Of a stretch of DNA of 64,000 bases, positions 37,221-50,080 are shown piece after piece. The stretch is from Squalus acanthias (Eukaryota). The stretch lies in NCBI GenBank assembly GCA_030390025.1, contig CM059432.1, forward strand, positions 51,648,001-51,712,000, written 5' to 3'. Each line of letters begins with the position of its first letter. Positions within the stretch are counted from its first letter, which is position 1. The notes under the pieces are model-generated. The model had not been told where the DNA came from. It did not search any database and saw only the letters and a list, made by a program, of their open reading frames with translations. The position numbers and the translations under genes are program-made.

Positions 37221-37786
37221 TAGTCACACTGGTGCATAATGGCTTCCTTTGAGCTGACAGATTGGGAAGTCCTGCAAAGTCAAGCCCCAGGCTTCTCAGA
37301 CAGGGTGTCACATTTTGCTATATATTAATTTAGTATCACATTTAGACCAGATTGCCTTAAGTTTCATATTTTTAACAAATCACAACTGAAGAGGTGTCAA
37401 TTGAATGTGCGGAGATAAACTACCAATGAAAAATGAACTAAAGCCACATGAAAACAACCAATCCAGAACAAAGTCAGAAAAAGCTACCAATAAAATAGTA
37501 AGCCAACCAATGAAGTTGCTCAAAACATGTTTTGAACATCTTTTCAGATACTATCTTAAAACTTTCATTAGCTGAAAAACTTAACCTTGGAAATAAGGCT
37601 GATATAGATACTAAAAATACAAAATTTGCAAAATAAAAACTAAACTTACCTATATATTCACGTGTGTCTTTAAGATACCTCTAATGTTTTCAGAGGTCTG
37701 TCCCTGTCTGAGAAGCCTGGGGCTTGACTTTGCAGGACTTCCCAATCTGTCAGCTCAAAGGAAGCCATTATGCACCAGTGTGACTA
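37221..37786. repeat. Perfect 85-bp inverted repeat (37221-37305 and 37702-37786) with a 396-bp AT-rich spacer
   Basis: Base-by-base comparison gives 85/85 reverse-complement identity. The match stops abruptly at both ends. Confidence 0.97.
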
Positions 37787-37847
37787 TGTGCAAGCAGTCT
37801 GTATGACATGACTCCCAACTATTTGTAAGGCCGTCATTCCTCCACTC
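37650..37847 (-). other. Candidate non-coding (or UTR) exon, 198 nt
   Basis: Acceptor ttttctattgatgtacag|G. Consensus donor AG|gtaagt followed by a U-rich tract. Stops in all three frames. Confidence 0.4.
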
Positions 37848-38500
37848 CTGTACATCAATAGAAAATTACTGAAGACAAAACCACCCAGGAAAACTCTTTT
37901 TAAGTGCAGTGAAAATAACTATTACTTGTCAAAACAATGCAAGGCATGATCTTTTCAACTTTTTCTGAAAACAAATGACAAATTATATTCAAGGACCTGT
38001 ATGTAGTAAATAGAACGTGTTACATGTGTAACAAATGAAACTTTGCACTTGAAATGTTGCATTGTTTAATCTTTGTATTTTGTAATGTATTCTAAATGGT
38101 TAATAACTGCAGCTCTATTTACGACACTGAGGGATTTAAATACCAGGAGACAACGTTAGAAATTAAAAAGTAATAAGCAAGAAGAGAAGTCAGAACCTTT
38201 TCATCAAAAGGATAATAAAGCTCTGAACTAAATTATCAGGAAAGGACGTTGAAGCAGAATGCATAAATGAGTTAAAAACGTTTGACTATAGTTCTGGGAG
38301 AGTGAAGGGACTAAAGAATATGACGAGAAGGATGGGTGAGATTGATTTCTGAAAAATTGACTTGCTTGTTGGGCCTCATGAATTTTGCTTGTTCCTAAAA
38401 GATCTTGAACCAGAAATTCCCGGCGTGGACTTCTGGGAGCACAATTAGGATGGAGCAGAACATCCACATGGATGGGCCTCTGACTCCATTCTAAATCCTG

Positions 38501-38622
38501 GGCCGCGATTTTGCCGGCGTTCAGAGGGCAGGCTTGGAGGCGGGTCAGCTGTTAAATTCCAAATGATTGACGGCGGGTTGTCAACCCGCCGCGATCCCGC
38601 CTCCGCAGGGAAAATCCTGCCC
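38501..38622. mobile_element. 122-bp minimal Harbinger MITE
   Basis: Ends GGCCGCGATTTT / AAAATCCTGCCC. Body aligns to the reverse complement of the right end (about 19655-19771) of the 18012-19771 element. Confidence 0.75.
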
Positions 38623-39634
38623 CGGTGTCAGGGGTATTGATGTATTGTGGGTGGGCACCAGCACCATTTATGGTGCCTCAGCTGAGTGGGGGGGGGGGGA
38701 GAGATATTTCCAGTGCCCCCATGAGGCAACTTCCCTGTGCAAAACCTGATCCTGCAGTGAGCTCCAAATAATTATTCAAATGAACTTAGCTTGGAAAATA
38801 ACCTGACATAAGCCAAGTGTGATTTGGGTGAATCTTGTGCTTAAATTTCAGTGGAACTAGAATATCTATGCATCTGTGTCTTTACAAGATGGGCAAGATT
38901 TCCAGACTAGGTGACTGCTTACAGTTGAATGGAAAATTATACCCTCAGGTTAAATCTATCTAGTTAAAGTCTGTGTTGCCTACAAAGTAATGTTTCTTCA
39001 GCCTTGTTTTTAAGAGTTTCTCAGTGTTCATTGATGCAAACATACATAACACTATTAACAGCTCAAGCTTAAAACTGAAGCTGCCCAATCAGTAGACACT
39101 AGAGTAGCGTCCCAATGAATTGCTGAAACTGACTATATTCAACAGTTCATATGCAACATTAAAGCATTTGTGCTGCCACTGTAAAATATCAAAAGTCTAA
39201 ATTGTTTAGACACGGAGAGCACTAATTTATTTGCAAGGAAACATTGTCCCATAGGTCTGAGTGAAACACAAAGCACACTTCCAATTAATCTTTGTTTCAG
39301 CTATAACTCTCCTGAGAAAGAAACACAAACATGTGATCTGGAAACATAAATCATCTAAAACAAATTTATTCAGCAGACATGTGATAGTATTTAAATTTAT
39401 CCAGAGAATTATGCAAATTAGTATGAATCCTGTAGTTATATGGATATCTGTACAGTAATTCTACCATGAGAAGAATACAAAAAATCCTTTAGAAAAAAAA
39501 GCACAGTGCAGTGTCAGCACAGAAGTTTAACTAATCATAATCAAATAGGAAATCATAAAATCACAGTGCATATTCTACCTCACTGTAAGAACCCTAGCCA
39601 GGTGAAATTTCATTCATATTCAAAACTTAAAAAA

Positions 39635-40135
39635 AAATCATTCTTGGGATGTGGGCATTGCTGGCAAGACTGGCATTTATTGCTCATCCCTAGTTGCCCT
39701 GAGAAGGTGATGGTGCACTTTTTTCTTGAACCGCTGCAGGTCGTGTAGTGAAGTTCCAGGATTTTGACTCAGTGATAATGAAGGAATAGTGATATATTTC
39801 CAAGTCGGGATGGTTTGTGACTTGGAGGGGAACTTGGAGCTGCTGTAGGTCGTACACACTGCTGCCACGGTGCGCCAGTGGTGAAGTAGGTGGATATTTA
39901 AGCTAGTGGATGAGGTGCTGATCAAGCAGACTGTTTTGCCCTGGATGGTGTTGATCCTCTTGAGTGCTGTTGCAGCTGCACCCATCAAGGCCGGCCGAGA
40001 GTATTCGATCACACTCCTAACTTGTACCTTGTAGGTGGCGGAGAGGCTTTGGTGATTCAGGAGCTGAGCCAATCTCTGTCCTGCTCTAGTAGCCGTGGCA
40101 CTTATGTGGCTGGTCCAGTTGAGTTTCTGGTCAAA
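39635..40135 (-). mobile_element. LINE 3' fragment (same family as 51757-52737)
   Basis: DQKLNWTSHI..TRAGQRL...YKVQVRSVIEY, and the same 3' tail. Confidence 0.85.
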
Positions 40136-40428
40136 TATTTCACAGCAAAGACCAATGCCCACAAGATTTGTTAACAGTTAAGTTCAAATAACTCAAGATC
40201 CACTTTATGGGTAAAAAGCTTGTTTGCTGAAGTTAGAGCAAGGAGCTGGAACAACTTTGCATTATTCTCATCATATGGTACACATGCAATTTAGATTTCT
40301 GTATTCTGTGTTTGAGAGCTAACAAATAAAATAAATATAGTGACCGGTTAACACTGGAATTAGGCTTTTGCACTTCACGGCAGAACTTTTTTCTTGCGTG
40401 CTACATGTGATGAAACAGTAAACATATT

Positions 40429-43400
40429 GGCCCCGATATGAATCTGAAGGCAGCTTCTGTGCAGGGAGACGGGGGTGGGGGAGTGGTGGGGTGGAATTTC
40501 ATGGGGGAAACCCGGAAGTCAACTGAGCGGGTCGCTATCTGCGATCTCAACTCAATTGTACCAATTCATTTTGACTGCCGGGTTTTGCGTCTCTAAGCTG
40601 CGCAGTGGGCATGATGCGCACAAGCATGATGCGATTTCAGCTGTATTTAAAGGGACAGTTCACAAATGGAAATGGAAAAGGATGGATGCTGGAGATAGAG
40701 CAAGTGCAGCACCCAGATTTAATGTCGCCTCACTGGAATTACTGCTGGGTACAGTCAGGAGGAGGAGGGACATACTTTTCCCCAGCAATGGGTGGAAGAA
40801 ATCTGCTGCTCTCACCAAGAAGGCGTGGTTGGAGTTCGCTGACAAGGTGAGCAGCAGGAGCGTTTTGTCCTGGTCTTGGATGCAATGTAGGAAGCGGTTT
40901 AATGACAGGCCAGGAAAAGTGAGTACATTTGCTGATTCAACTACATCCTGTGCTTTAAGCCCACCGCCTTTCACTCTATCTTGCTAAGCGATCTCCATCA
41001 CATCACTCTTAACATCCACTCAACTTTCAGCAGCGCCCAGCCTTCACTTTCTATACACTTCATCACATCCCCATTTATACATCTACTGTTGACACTCACC
41101 CAATCCTCATGCAGGTTGCTGAGGGAAGTAAGGGTACAAATTGCAGAGGTGCTGGCCACAATCTTCCAATCCTCCTTAGATATAGGGCTGGTGTCAAAGG
41201 ACTGGAGGATTGCAAATGTTACACCCTTGTTCAATAAAGTGGAGAATGATAAACCTGGCAATTACATGCCAGTAGTTTTACATTGGTGGTGGGGAAGCTT
41301 TTAGAAACAATAATCCAGGCAAAAATTAACAGCCACTTGGACAAGTATGGACTAATAAAGGAGAGCCTGCACGGATTTGTTAAGGGCAAATCATGTTTGA
41401 CTAACTTGATTGAGTTTTTTGATGAGGTAACAGGGAGGGTGGATGAGGGCAGTGCAGTTGACGTTATGTATATGGACTTTCAAAAGGTGTTTGATAAAGT
41501 ACCACATATTAGGCTTGTTAGCAAAATTGAAGCCCATGTGATAAAAAGGGCAATAGCATCATGGACACAAAATTGGCTAAGAGTAGAAAATAGAGAGTTG
41601 TGGTGAATGGCTGTTTTTCAACCAGAGGGAGGTAAACTGTGGCATTCCCCAAGGTTCAGTATGAGGACCACTGCTGTTTTTGATATACATTAATGACTTG
41701 GATTTGGGGGTACAGGGCACAATTTCAAAATTTGCAGATGACACAAAAATTGGAAGTATAGTAAACAGTGAGGAAGATAGTAAAGACTTCAAGAGGGCAT
41801 AGACAGACTGGTGGAATGGGCGGACACATGGCGGATGAAATTCAATGTAGAAAAGTGTGAGTTGATACATTTTAGTAGGAAGAATGAGGAGATACAATAC
41901 AAGCTAAATGGTACAATTTTAAAGGGGGTGCAGGAACAGAGAGACCTGGGGGTGTTTGTGCACAAAACATTGAAGGTGGCAGGACAGGTTAACAAAGCAG
42001 TGAATAAAGCATATGGGATCCTGGGCTTTATAAATAGAGGCATAGAGTACAAGAGCCAGAAAGTTATGCTAAACCTGTATAAAACATCAGTTTGGCCCCA
42101 GCTGGAGTATTGTGTCCAATTCTGGGCATCATACTTTAGGAAGGATGTGAAAGCTTTGGAGAGGGTAAAGAAGAGATTTACTAGAATGGTTCCAGGGATG
42201 AGGGACTACAGTTACATGGATAGACTGGAGAAGCTGGGGTTGTTCTCCTTAGAGCAGAAAAGGTTGAGAGGAGATTTGATAGAGGTATTTAAAATCATGA
42301 ATGGTTTAGATAGAGTAAATAAAGAGAAACTGTTTCCAAAGGCTGAAGGGTCGATAACGAGGGGGCACAGATTTAAGGCAAAAGAACCAGAGGCGACATG
42401 AGGAAAAACTTTTTTACACAAGTGGTTAGGATTTGCAATGCATTGAATGCCTGATATAGTGGTGGAAACAGATTCAATAGTACCATTCAAAAGGGAATTG
42501 GATAAATACTCGAAAGTGAAATAATTGTAGGGGTATGGGGAAAGAGCGGTGGAGTGGGACTAATTTGATTGCTCTTTGAAAGACTGGCGCAGATTTGATG
42601 ATCTGAATGGCCTCCTTCTGTGCTGTACTACTCTATAATAATGTGATGCATGTGTCTTATAGTCACCCTCACCGAATACACTGCATCCATCAGGTGAATA
42701 TGTGACCTGCAGTCACTCACAGGTCTGTTTCTTCGCCCCTTGTAGGAGAAGAGAGCGCAAAACGCAAGGGAGAGGGGCAGGACTGGAGGTGGCCGGCCAC
42801 AAATAGTCCAGCTCACAGATGCAGAAGAGGACGCCATGGAGATAAGTGGCACATCTGCGTCCATCTCAATTGGAAATCGAGAGACAGGGAGCTCACAGTT
42901 AGCTGGTGACAGAATTACAAATCTCTCTAACACACATATGCTGACTTCATTTCATTAATGGCTGAACTATGAGAACTAAATCATATCCCTTTCTTTTGTC
43001 TTCTAGGGACTTCACGCGTATGTGTACGCAGACATCCATGAGGACGATTCCTCAGAGTACCTCATTCCTACTGAGGGTGCACCATCATCTCTGCATCAGC
43101 ACAGATACCCGCACTTCAGTGGTTCCACTTAGTTAGTTGGATTATCACCCGGCGATTCACACCTCACAAGTGAGCACAAGCAGACACTGGTGGCAGGGAC
43201 TGCTGCGGAGAGTCTGCATCAGGGGGCGCAATCCTCTCCAAGCTCTGCTCAGCTGGACACAGATGCTGAACCTCGGGGTCCATTGTTGAGAAGGAGAATG
43301 CTGGAGGTGCTTCAGCAACTTGGCCAGGTACTGACCGGCATGTCACGCTCACTTTCCACAATAGCAGAGAGGATGGAGGAGTCCAACTTGGTCGCTAGTG

Positions 43401-44862
43401 CATTTGTGGCGCAGGGAATTGTGAGAATATATGCCATGGAGAGAGTGGCCACCTGCAGCAGAGTGGTAGGAGTGATGTGGCGCTGGCCCAGTCGAAAGAC
43501 GATGGCAAAGGGGGACATGGAAGTGGGAACTCCACTCAAAGCGCTCCCACTTCTCACCCGTTTCCCCCCCCTCAGCCAATACCCGACAGGCTGCCTCGTC
43601 TCCCGATGGCTGAGTCTGCCCCTGCACACTTGCAGGTGGAGCAGTCTTTGGCGGGGCCCTCAGGGGCTCCAAAACCCAGAGGGCGTAGGCCAAAAGCATC
43701 TCAGCAGTCAGGGCAGGCATCTGAGCAGCCTGTCGCTACCTCTGCTGAAGTCTCATGAGGTACAACATGTAGAAGCGGTAGGAAGCGTAAGTTGAAGAAA
43801 ATTTAATTCATCAAGGGTATGCATATGGGTGTTTGAGAAAATGTTATGTTGTTAAGTTTCCTTTTTTTTACAATGCCACATAAAATTTAATGATTAGCAT
43901 CACTTCCACATCTTGCCCATTATTGCATCCCAAGGACCCACTCGCCCTTTCACTTGTTTCATGATGAATGTCAATACATGACGGGACCCATTGGGCAGAT
44001 GTGCAATGGGTGGATGAGTGGTTGAAGGACTGTTTAGTTAAAGGTGGGGAGGGGAGCACGGGAGGATGTTGGTGCTGGTGGTGGGAGCAAACCGCAGGAT
44101 TTCATTTGTTATGTTTCATACTAGGTGAACCTTTGCGGTGTTAGGGCACCCCTGGCAGCAATGTAAGCAACTGGTCTGGCGATGGGTGCCCCACCTTCAT
44201 CCTCCTCCTCCTCTATGTTCTCCTCATCTGAAGATGAGCGATGAGCTTCTTCGTCCTCCTCCACCTGCAAACCTCTCTGCATATCCCAGCACAGCACATT
44301 GTTGCTGCCGTGGATGGTGACGGTCTTCCTCTTCTCATGTGCTGTCAAACACACCCAAGGCACCTCCCAACCTGATCTTGTCAATTTGAAATCCTCAAAG
44401 ATTGAAAAAAGCTGTATTCACACAAGAACTCTCTGCCAAATATTTTGCAAGAGGGAATTGAGACACCAGCTGCAATCAGTGAGCTTTTATTCAGATTGGA
44501 TAATGAGAAGTTTAAATACCCACCTGAACTGCTGCTCAATCTCGCCTCCGTTTCCCTGGTCAGTTCCCGAGCCCCGGGAAATCTGTGCTGCTCAAGTAAA
44601 ATTTGGAGCCAATTTAAAATTAATTAAAAAATATCTCATTAACATCTCCGAAGGACATTAATTGCGCCAATAAGTACCCGCCCGCATTCTATTAGGAAAT
44701 CCCTGACTTCGGGAGTAGGTTTCTCGCCGGCATCCAAATGTGCCTCCTTTAAACCTAAAGTGAATGCGTTGGAGCCGGGTTGTGCTCCCACTCTAAAAAT
44801 CAATCATTTTTAACCCCCACCTGCTCCCAACCCACCCACTCTTGGGGGTTAAAATTTCCCCC
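40429..44862 (+). mobile_element. Harbinger element with a 3-exon Myb/SANT gene, a mostly deleted convergent transposase and a CR1 in intron 1
   Basis: TSD ATT on both sides. Exon 1 40682-40918 (APRFNVASLELLL...KKAWLEFADKV...SWMQCRKRFND, donor gtgagt). Exon 2 42746-42905 (EKRAQNARERGRTGGG). Exon 3 starts at 43007. Acidic transposase C-terminus on the minus strand at 44121-44330. Confidence 0.88.
41108..42635 (+). mobile_element. 5'-truncated CR1 LINE nested in the Harbinger intron
   Basis: [44 protein letters not shown], then 3' UTR. Confidence 0.93.
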
Positions 44863-45299
44863 ATTCTTTTTAATGCATTTTATTATGGGCAGGTCCTGCA
44901 ACCACCTGACCAATCAGAAAACTCAGGCTTTTAGTGTCATACATGGTGTTTGGGGTGGGTTGAAGCTTTGGGAGTTTCCTAGACTGCAAATTCAAGCACA
45001 AATCAACCACATTCAGCTTTTCCTCTGCAGGCAGTTCCTGATTTAGAAATAACAGAATAGGTCAGACAGTATAATATTTCTAACAGCCAACTGTAGAATG
45101 GTGATGATCTGGTCCTTATTGAGGAACTAGTCTATTGTGGCAATGCCTTCCTCATGTCAGGTTTTGAAAGCATTCTTGGCAATCACTTTGAGAGTTGTCA
45201 ATTGTACCAGAATGGCGCGGGGGGGGGGGGGGGGGGGGGGAGCGGGGGGGTGGTGGTTGGGGGGAGGCCGTGGGCGGTGGTGTGGAGAGGACTGGCATA

Positions 45300-46085
45300 T
45301 ACTAATGTATCTTCAGTAATATTCGATTCTCCTTCCAAGCTGTCAAGGTTGATGCTATTAGGGGTGCTTCTGAACTTCTGCCAACCTTTTCAGAGGGTTA
45401 ATGAAGGGCAGATTGCTCAGGCTTTATGTTAGGGAGGCTCAGTATTCCATGCCTAGCCAGGTTTCTAAAGGAGAAGTCTTGTTCGAGGCGACGATCCCCC
45501 GTAGTTGAATTCCTCAATAATAATGCCTAAAACTTGAGAGTTTTTTCCTCCCTATCTTCAACAACTGTAGGCACATAAGGTGCATGCATGACTTTTTACC
45601 CACTCCGAGGAGTTTAGATATGCTTGTCAAGGCTCTAGAATTATTGTTCTGGAGAGTATCTGGAAATGTAGAGGGTCAGGAAATTCATTCATTTTGATTG
45701 CTTTCCTTTCCTAGAATGATAGGAGCAGGCTGTTTGGCTTTCCCAGTTTAGGAAGAAGTATAATTTCTTCTTTAGCGGGGTTAAACGCTCATGTGTCATT
45801 GTCATGCAGAACTACCTGATGTCTGTCTCAAAGCATACAAAGGAGTAAGATTCTCCTAAGTGACTGGGGATATCAGTTATAAGGAGCATGCCCTCCACTT
45901 CGAAATGTTCTAGTTGACCTAAGAACAGTCCAGAGTCCTTGTTGTTTTGGAAGATGCTGAGGAGGAGTTGGTGGAATTGATTACATGGAACAATATGTCA
46001 TCAGGTTATATTGATATTTTTGTTTTGTTCCACCAACCAACATTTTGTGGTTGTCTGGGTTTGCTGTTATGGCTGTTGCCAATTT
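45300..46085 (-). mobile_element. Ancient L1/Tx1-like RT remnant
   Basis: Frameshifted minus strand LATAITANPD..MLVGGT..KISI*PDDILF (resembles HKISLYADDIL), AIKMN, and GKKSCMHLMCLQL...FRHYY*GIQLR. Confidence 0.6.
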
Positions 46086-46779
46086 TCTTTTAATGTTAAT
46101 AATTTAAGCACTTTTGCAATCTTTCCTTCATGTTTCTTGTGGAATACCATTGATTACCAATAAATTTGAAAGATCTGCATAACAACTGATGCTGAAAATA
46201 TTTCACAAAGGCCTGCGAAATTTTGCTTGCTAGCAGTTGGCAGGTTGTCTGTTGCTATTTCATCATTCCTAAATGCTTGACTTGCTTGTCAGTTCAAGCA
46301 GTGTGTAGATATTTCGAAAGCTGTACTGTCCATCTACCAATTCATTTTATTCATATTCTGAACAGCGAGGTTTTAACATAAATTATTATTCTTTCCTTTT
46401 CTCTGGGCAGAATGTGATTTTCCCTTTTGAACCGTGTAATTCAGGATTAAATCAGCAGCTTCCTTTCCTAAATGGTATATTTCTGTCCTCACATAACAAA
46501 GCACTTCAATTGCATCCAAAACACTGAATGTACTTCATAACATAAATATCTGTCATCTACATCACACAGCTTTCAATTTTGAGTTATAAATTATGACAGC
46601 TGCATAGCATAATCCTATTAAAATATTTAATACAAACTCTTTCATAATTCATAAAGATAGAAATTAATCTTCATTATCTAACTTTGATTTAGTTTTGTTT
46701 CCCCCAAATTTGTCATCCCTTTTTTTCTTGATGGTGCTTATTCACCCTGGGGATAGTTCCTTGGACACTGGCAGTCTGC

Positions 46780-47100
46780 TAGTACTCACATAAGTTACCA
46801 TTCTTCATGTTCAGTGTTGGGAGGTTACTGGGAGCACATAGCGAAACCTGATCCTGTCCTCATCTAACATCCACAGACATGCACTTTCCAGCAGGGAACA
46901 TTTGGATTGAGATCAGAAGCTGAAACCCTGGCTGATTTGCTTTCTCCTCCCTAGCCAAGAGGCACTGAACCAAATTACAGGGCACTGATCGCCCTGCTGA
47001 GATCAATTGAGTTAGTATAGATCAGAGATCAAACTTGGGACCTTCCTGCTTCACTGCTACTCCATGGATTTCATTTACCCACTGGGCCATTCGGAGAGCC
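46780..47100 (-). mobile_element. Old tRNA-derived SINE; diverged inverted relative at about 48890-49075
   Basis: Minus-strand head TGGCCCAGTGGGTAA...GGTCCCAAGTTTGATC (A/B-box-like). Shared core GATCTC.GC.GGG...CAGTG...GGCTAGG.AG...ATCA. Confidence 0.6.
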
Positions 47101-47629
47101 TGCCTGACATTTTTATTTAAGAGCTAATTAGAAGGTGCCTTTTGGTTAACAATGTGAAATCTTAATGTCCCAGTGCTGGCAAACTACTTAAATAGTTATA
47201 GACTTTCTTGGACTAATGAACTTTTCATTTGCCCAGGGACTGTGGTTAAGATCTGTAATCATAAAGTGAATGTGAGTGTTATTGACTGAAGCTAAAGGCT
47301 AAGAGGCTGGATATTCTTGGTCACTTTTATAATTCGTATATCTTGTAGCCCAAGAAGATGATCATTGTTTCATTATATAGTTAGAATTTCTTTTAAATGA
47401 AGGAAAATGTTTACCATTTTGAACAAGCCCTGCCTTGTGTTTTGTGAAACTGGTGCACTATATTCTGTTTTAATCGGCTGTCGATGTCACTCACTATTGA
47501 TATCAATGAGCAGATGATAGCAGTGTTATGGTGCTGAAATAGCTGAAGATTAAGTTGAAAGAAACCTAAGAGTCTGAGTCGTTTCGATGCTCAACATGTC
47601 CAGCCAATGCAAAGTACCATTCAGCAAAG

Positions 47630-48047
47630 CTGACCTACATTGACTCCCGGTCTGGCAGCGCCTCGATTTTAAAATTCTCATCCTTGTTTTCAAACCGCTC
47701 CATGGCCTTGCCCCTCCCTATCTTTGTAACCTCCTCCAGCCCTACAACTCGCCGAGATTTCTGCGCTCCTCCAATTCTGGCCTCTTGTGCTTCCCCGATT
47801 TTAATCCCTCCACCATTCAGCTTCCTAGGCCCTAAGCTCTGAAATTCCCTCCCTAAACCTCTCTACCTCTTTCTCATCCTTTAAGATGCACCTTAAAAAC
47901 TACCTCTTTGACCAAGCTATTGGTCACCTGATGGAATATCTTCTTTTGTGGCTCGGTGTCAAATTTATTTGATAACACTCCTGTGAAGCGCTTTGGAATG
48001 CTTTGCTATGTTAAAGGTGCTATATAAATGCAAATTGTTGTTGTTGT
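47630..48047 (+). mobile_element. L2 LINE 3' end
   Basis: Matches the reverse complement of 31802-32210. Tail AAAGGTGCTATATAAATGCAAA(TTG)n. Confidence 0.88.
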
Positions 48048-50080
48048 ACATGACCAAAACTGTAGAATACTCGTCAGATGAAGTTTGTGATCAAACTATA
48101 CAGTACACTGATCAGGCCAGACCTTGAGTACTATGTCCAGTTCTGATAGCCAAGAAACAAAGGAGATATTCATGGTAATGCAGAGAAGAGGCAGAGGTTA
48201 ATGACAGGTATCTGAGTTATGAGGAAAGACTGGAAAGGAGGAGTCAACAAGGTGATCTTGTAGAAGTATATAATATAATAAACTGTACCGAAATGGTTAT
48301 TCCAGAACATTACTTTAAATTAAACCATGGGAGTAGGATTAGGGGGACACAGGTTCAAACTAGTTAAAGGTAATAGCAGGAAGTTCTTCATGCAGACAAT
48401 GATCAGTACTTGGAATGGACTTCCAGATAGAGTGGTGGAGATTAAAATTTTGGAATCATTTAATATATAATTAGATGCAGCAATGGAGGTTGGAGAAGTG
48501 GAAACTGTAGGGTCTTTCTGGATGAATATCTCCTTCTTTAGCTCGGCAACTATTCTTTTCTTTGATTACGTCTCTGTGAAGCATCTTGGGACATTTTTCA
48601 ACATTAAAGGCACTATTATAAGTGCAAGTTGTATTTGCTACTGTTGGATGAATTAAGATAGCCTTCCTCATCTGCAAGTGTCTTGTGGGTTTGTGATCAA
48701 AAGGATTTCAGTGAAGTGTCATGCTGAATGTATGAGATTTTCGTACTATATCCACTTGTTCTATGAAAAATAGACAACAGTATAATAAGAGATTTGTCCT
48801 CCAAACTAAGACTGTGTGTGAAGAGAGTATTTTGAGCTATGTAGCGCTAGGGTAGTTATAGGTTTGTCACTGATGGTGGTCATGATGAAGCAATTTAAGG
48901 AGGTTTGATTATCAGACTGTGTTGAGTTAATTGATCTCGGCTGGGATAGCACTCGATGTGTTTCAAATCGCCTCAGTGTTACTGGGCTAGGAAGAGAGAA
49001 ATCAAGCAGAATTCAGACTCCTGATCACTATTCAGTTACCCCCTAATGTAAAGTATGCATGTATGGATATCTAGCTTACTTTTGATAGCCTGCAGTCACT
49101 TAAGGATAGATTTTATGAATTTACATTCCTAATATAGAACATTGTGTACTGGGAATACACATTAGGAATTTGGGTGCAGAATCCTGCAAAATTTCTGATA
49201 TATGCGAAGCTCCATGCTAGGAGTTAAATTTGTAAAAATATAGCTCACACATAAAGAAGAATAATACCTCAGCATAAGTCAACAGGAGAAGAGAATAAAA
49301 CTGAGAAAATTAAGGAAAAAATAACAGTATTATACAAGAACTGCATTAAATGTGATTCTTTTTACTAAAGCAGATTGATATCAATGCACTAAATATACCC
49401 AGTGAAAACAATCTGATAAGGGAAACTACTTTCAAGCACGTGACATCTCCTGAATAAATCATGTGCAGATTATTACTACAGGCAAATATGAAACTCTTTA
49501 ATTCACTATTTATGTGCATGGATTCCACACACAATGGAAATTGCCCTCAGCAACAGCCAAACCAGAAACCTATTATTTGTCTGCGAGTAAAAATTATTTG
49601 TTTAAACAACCAACTGAGGGTCATTAATCAGTAGGTGTTTTTTTGTGATAGTTGCCCTATTTCCCTCTGTGTTCTATTTTCCACATGGGTTTAGTGCACT
49701 ATCAGGGGATTTACAGTGAAGTGAATGTAAAAGCTGCAGTGGTTTAAATCCTTCCAGTTGAGAAAATCTGTGAGTAGCCTACCAGTAGAGCTCTTGGCCT
49801 TTCCTGAGTGCTAAAAGTAGATCATCCAAAAATATCAAACTTTCAATCACTTCAGTGTTTACAGCAATGTCTGACAGTCATGTGAAATTGTTAAAATATA
49901 CATCCTAGCAAAACATTCCATCACGCTTACTCTGTGAATTGTTTTGATTGCTGCACTGATGAGTAAAAGAAAAACAAATATGTAATCATCATTTAAGGTA
50001 TATTTTCTCTCTGTGAGTTCTCTGAAATTTGAAATTTGTAGTATTTTATTACCAAATATGCACTCTGAAGACGAGACATT

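Noticed and set aside
49956..49980. Other CTGA(T/C)GA...GAAA hits as hammerheads (also about 10310, 14583 and 48071)
   Set aside because: No stem II or stem I pairing around the core.
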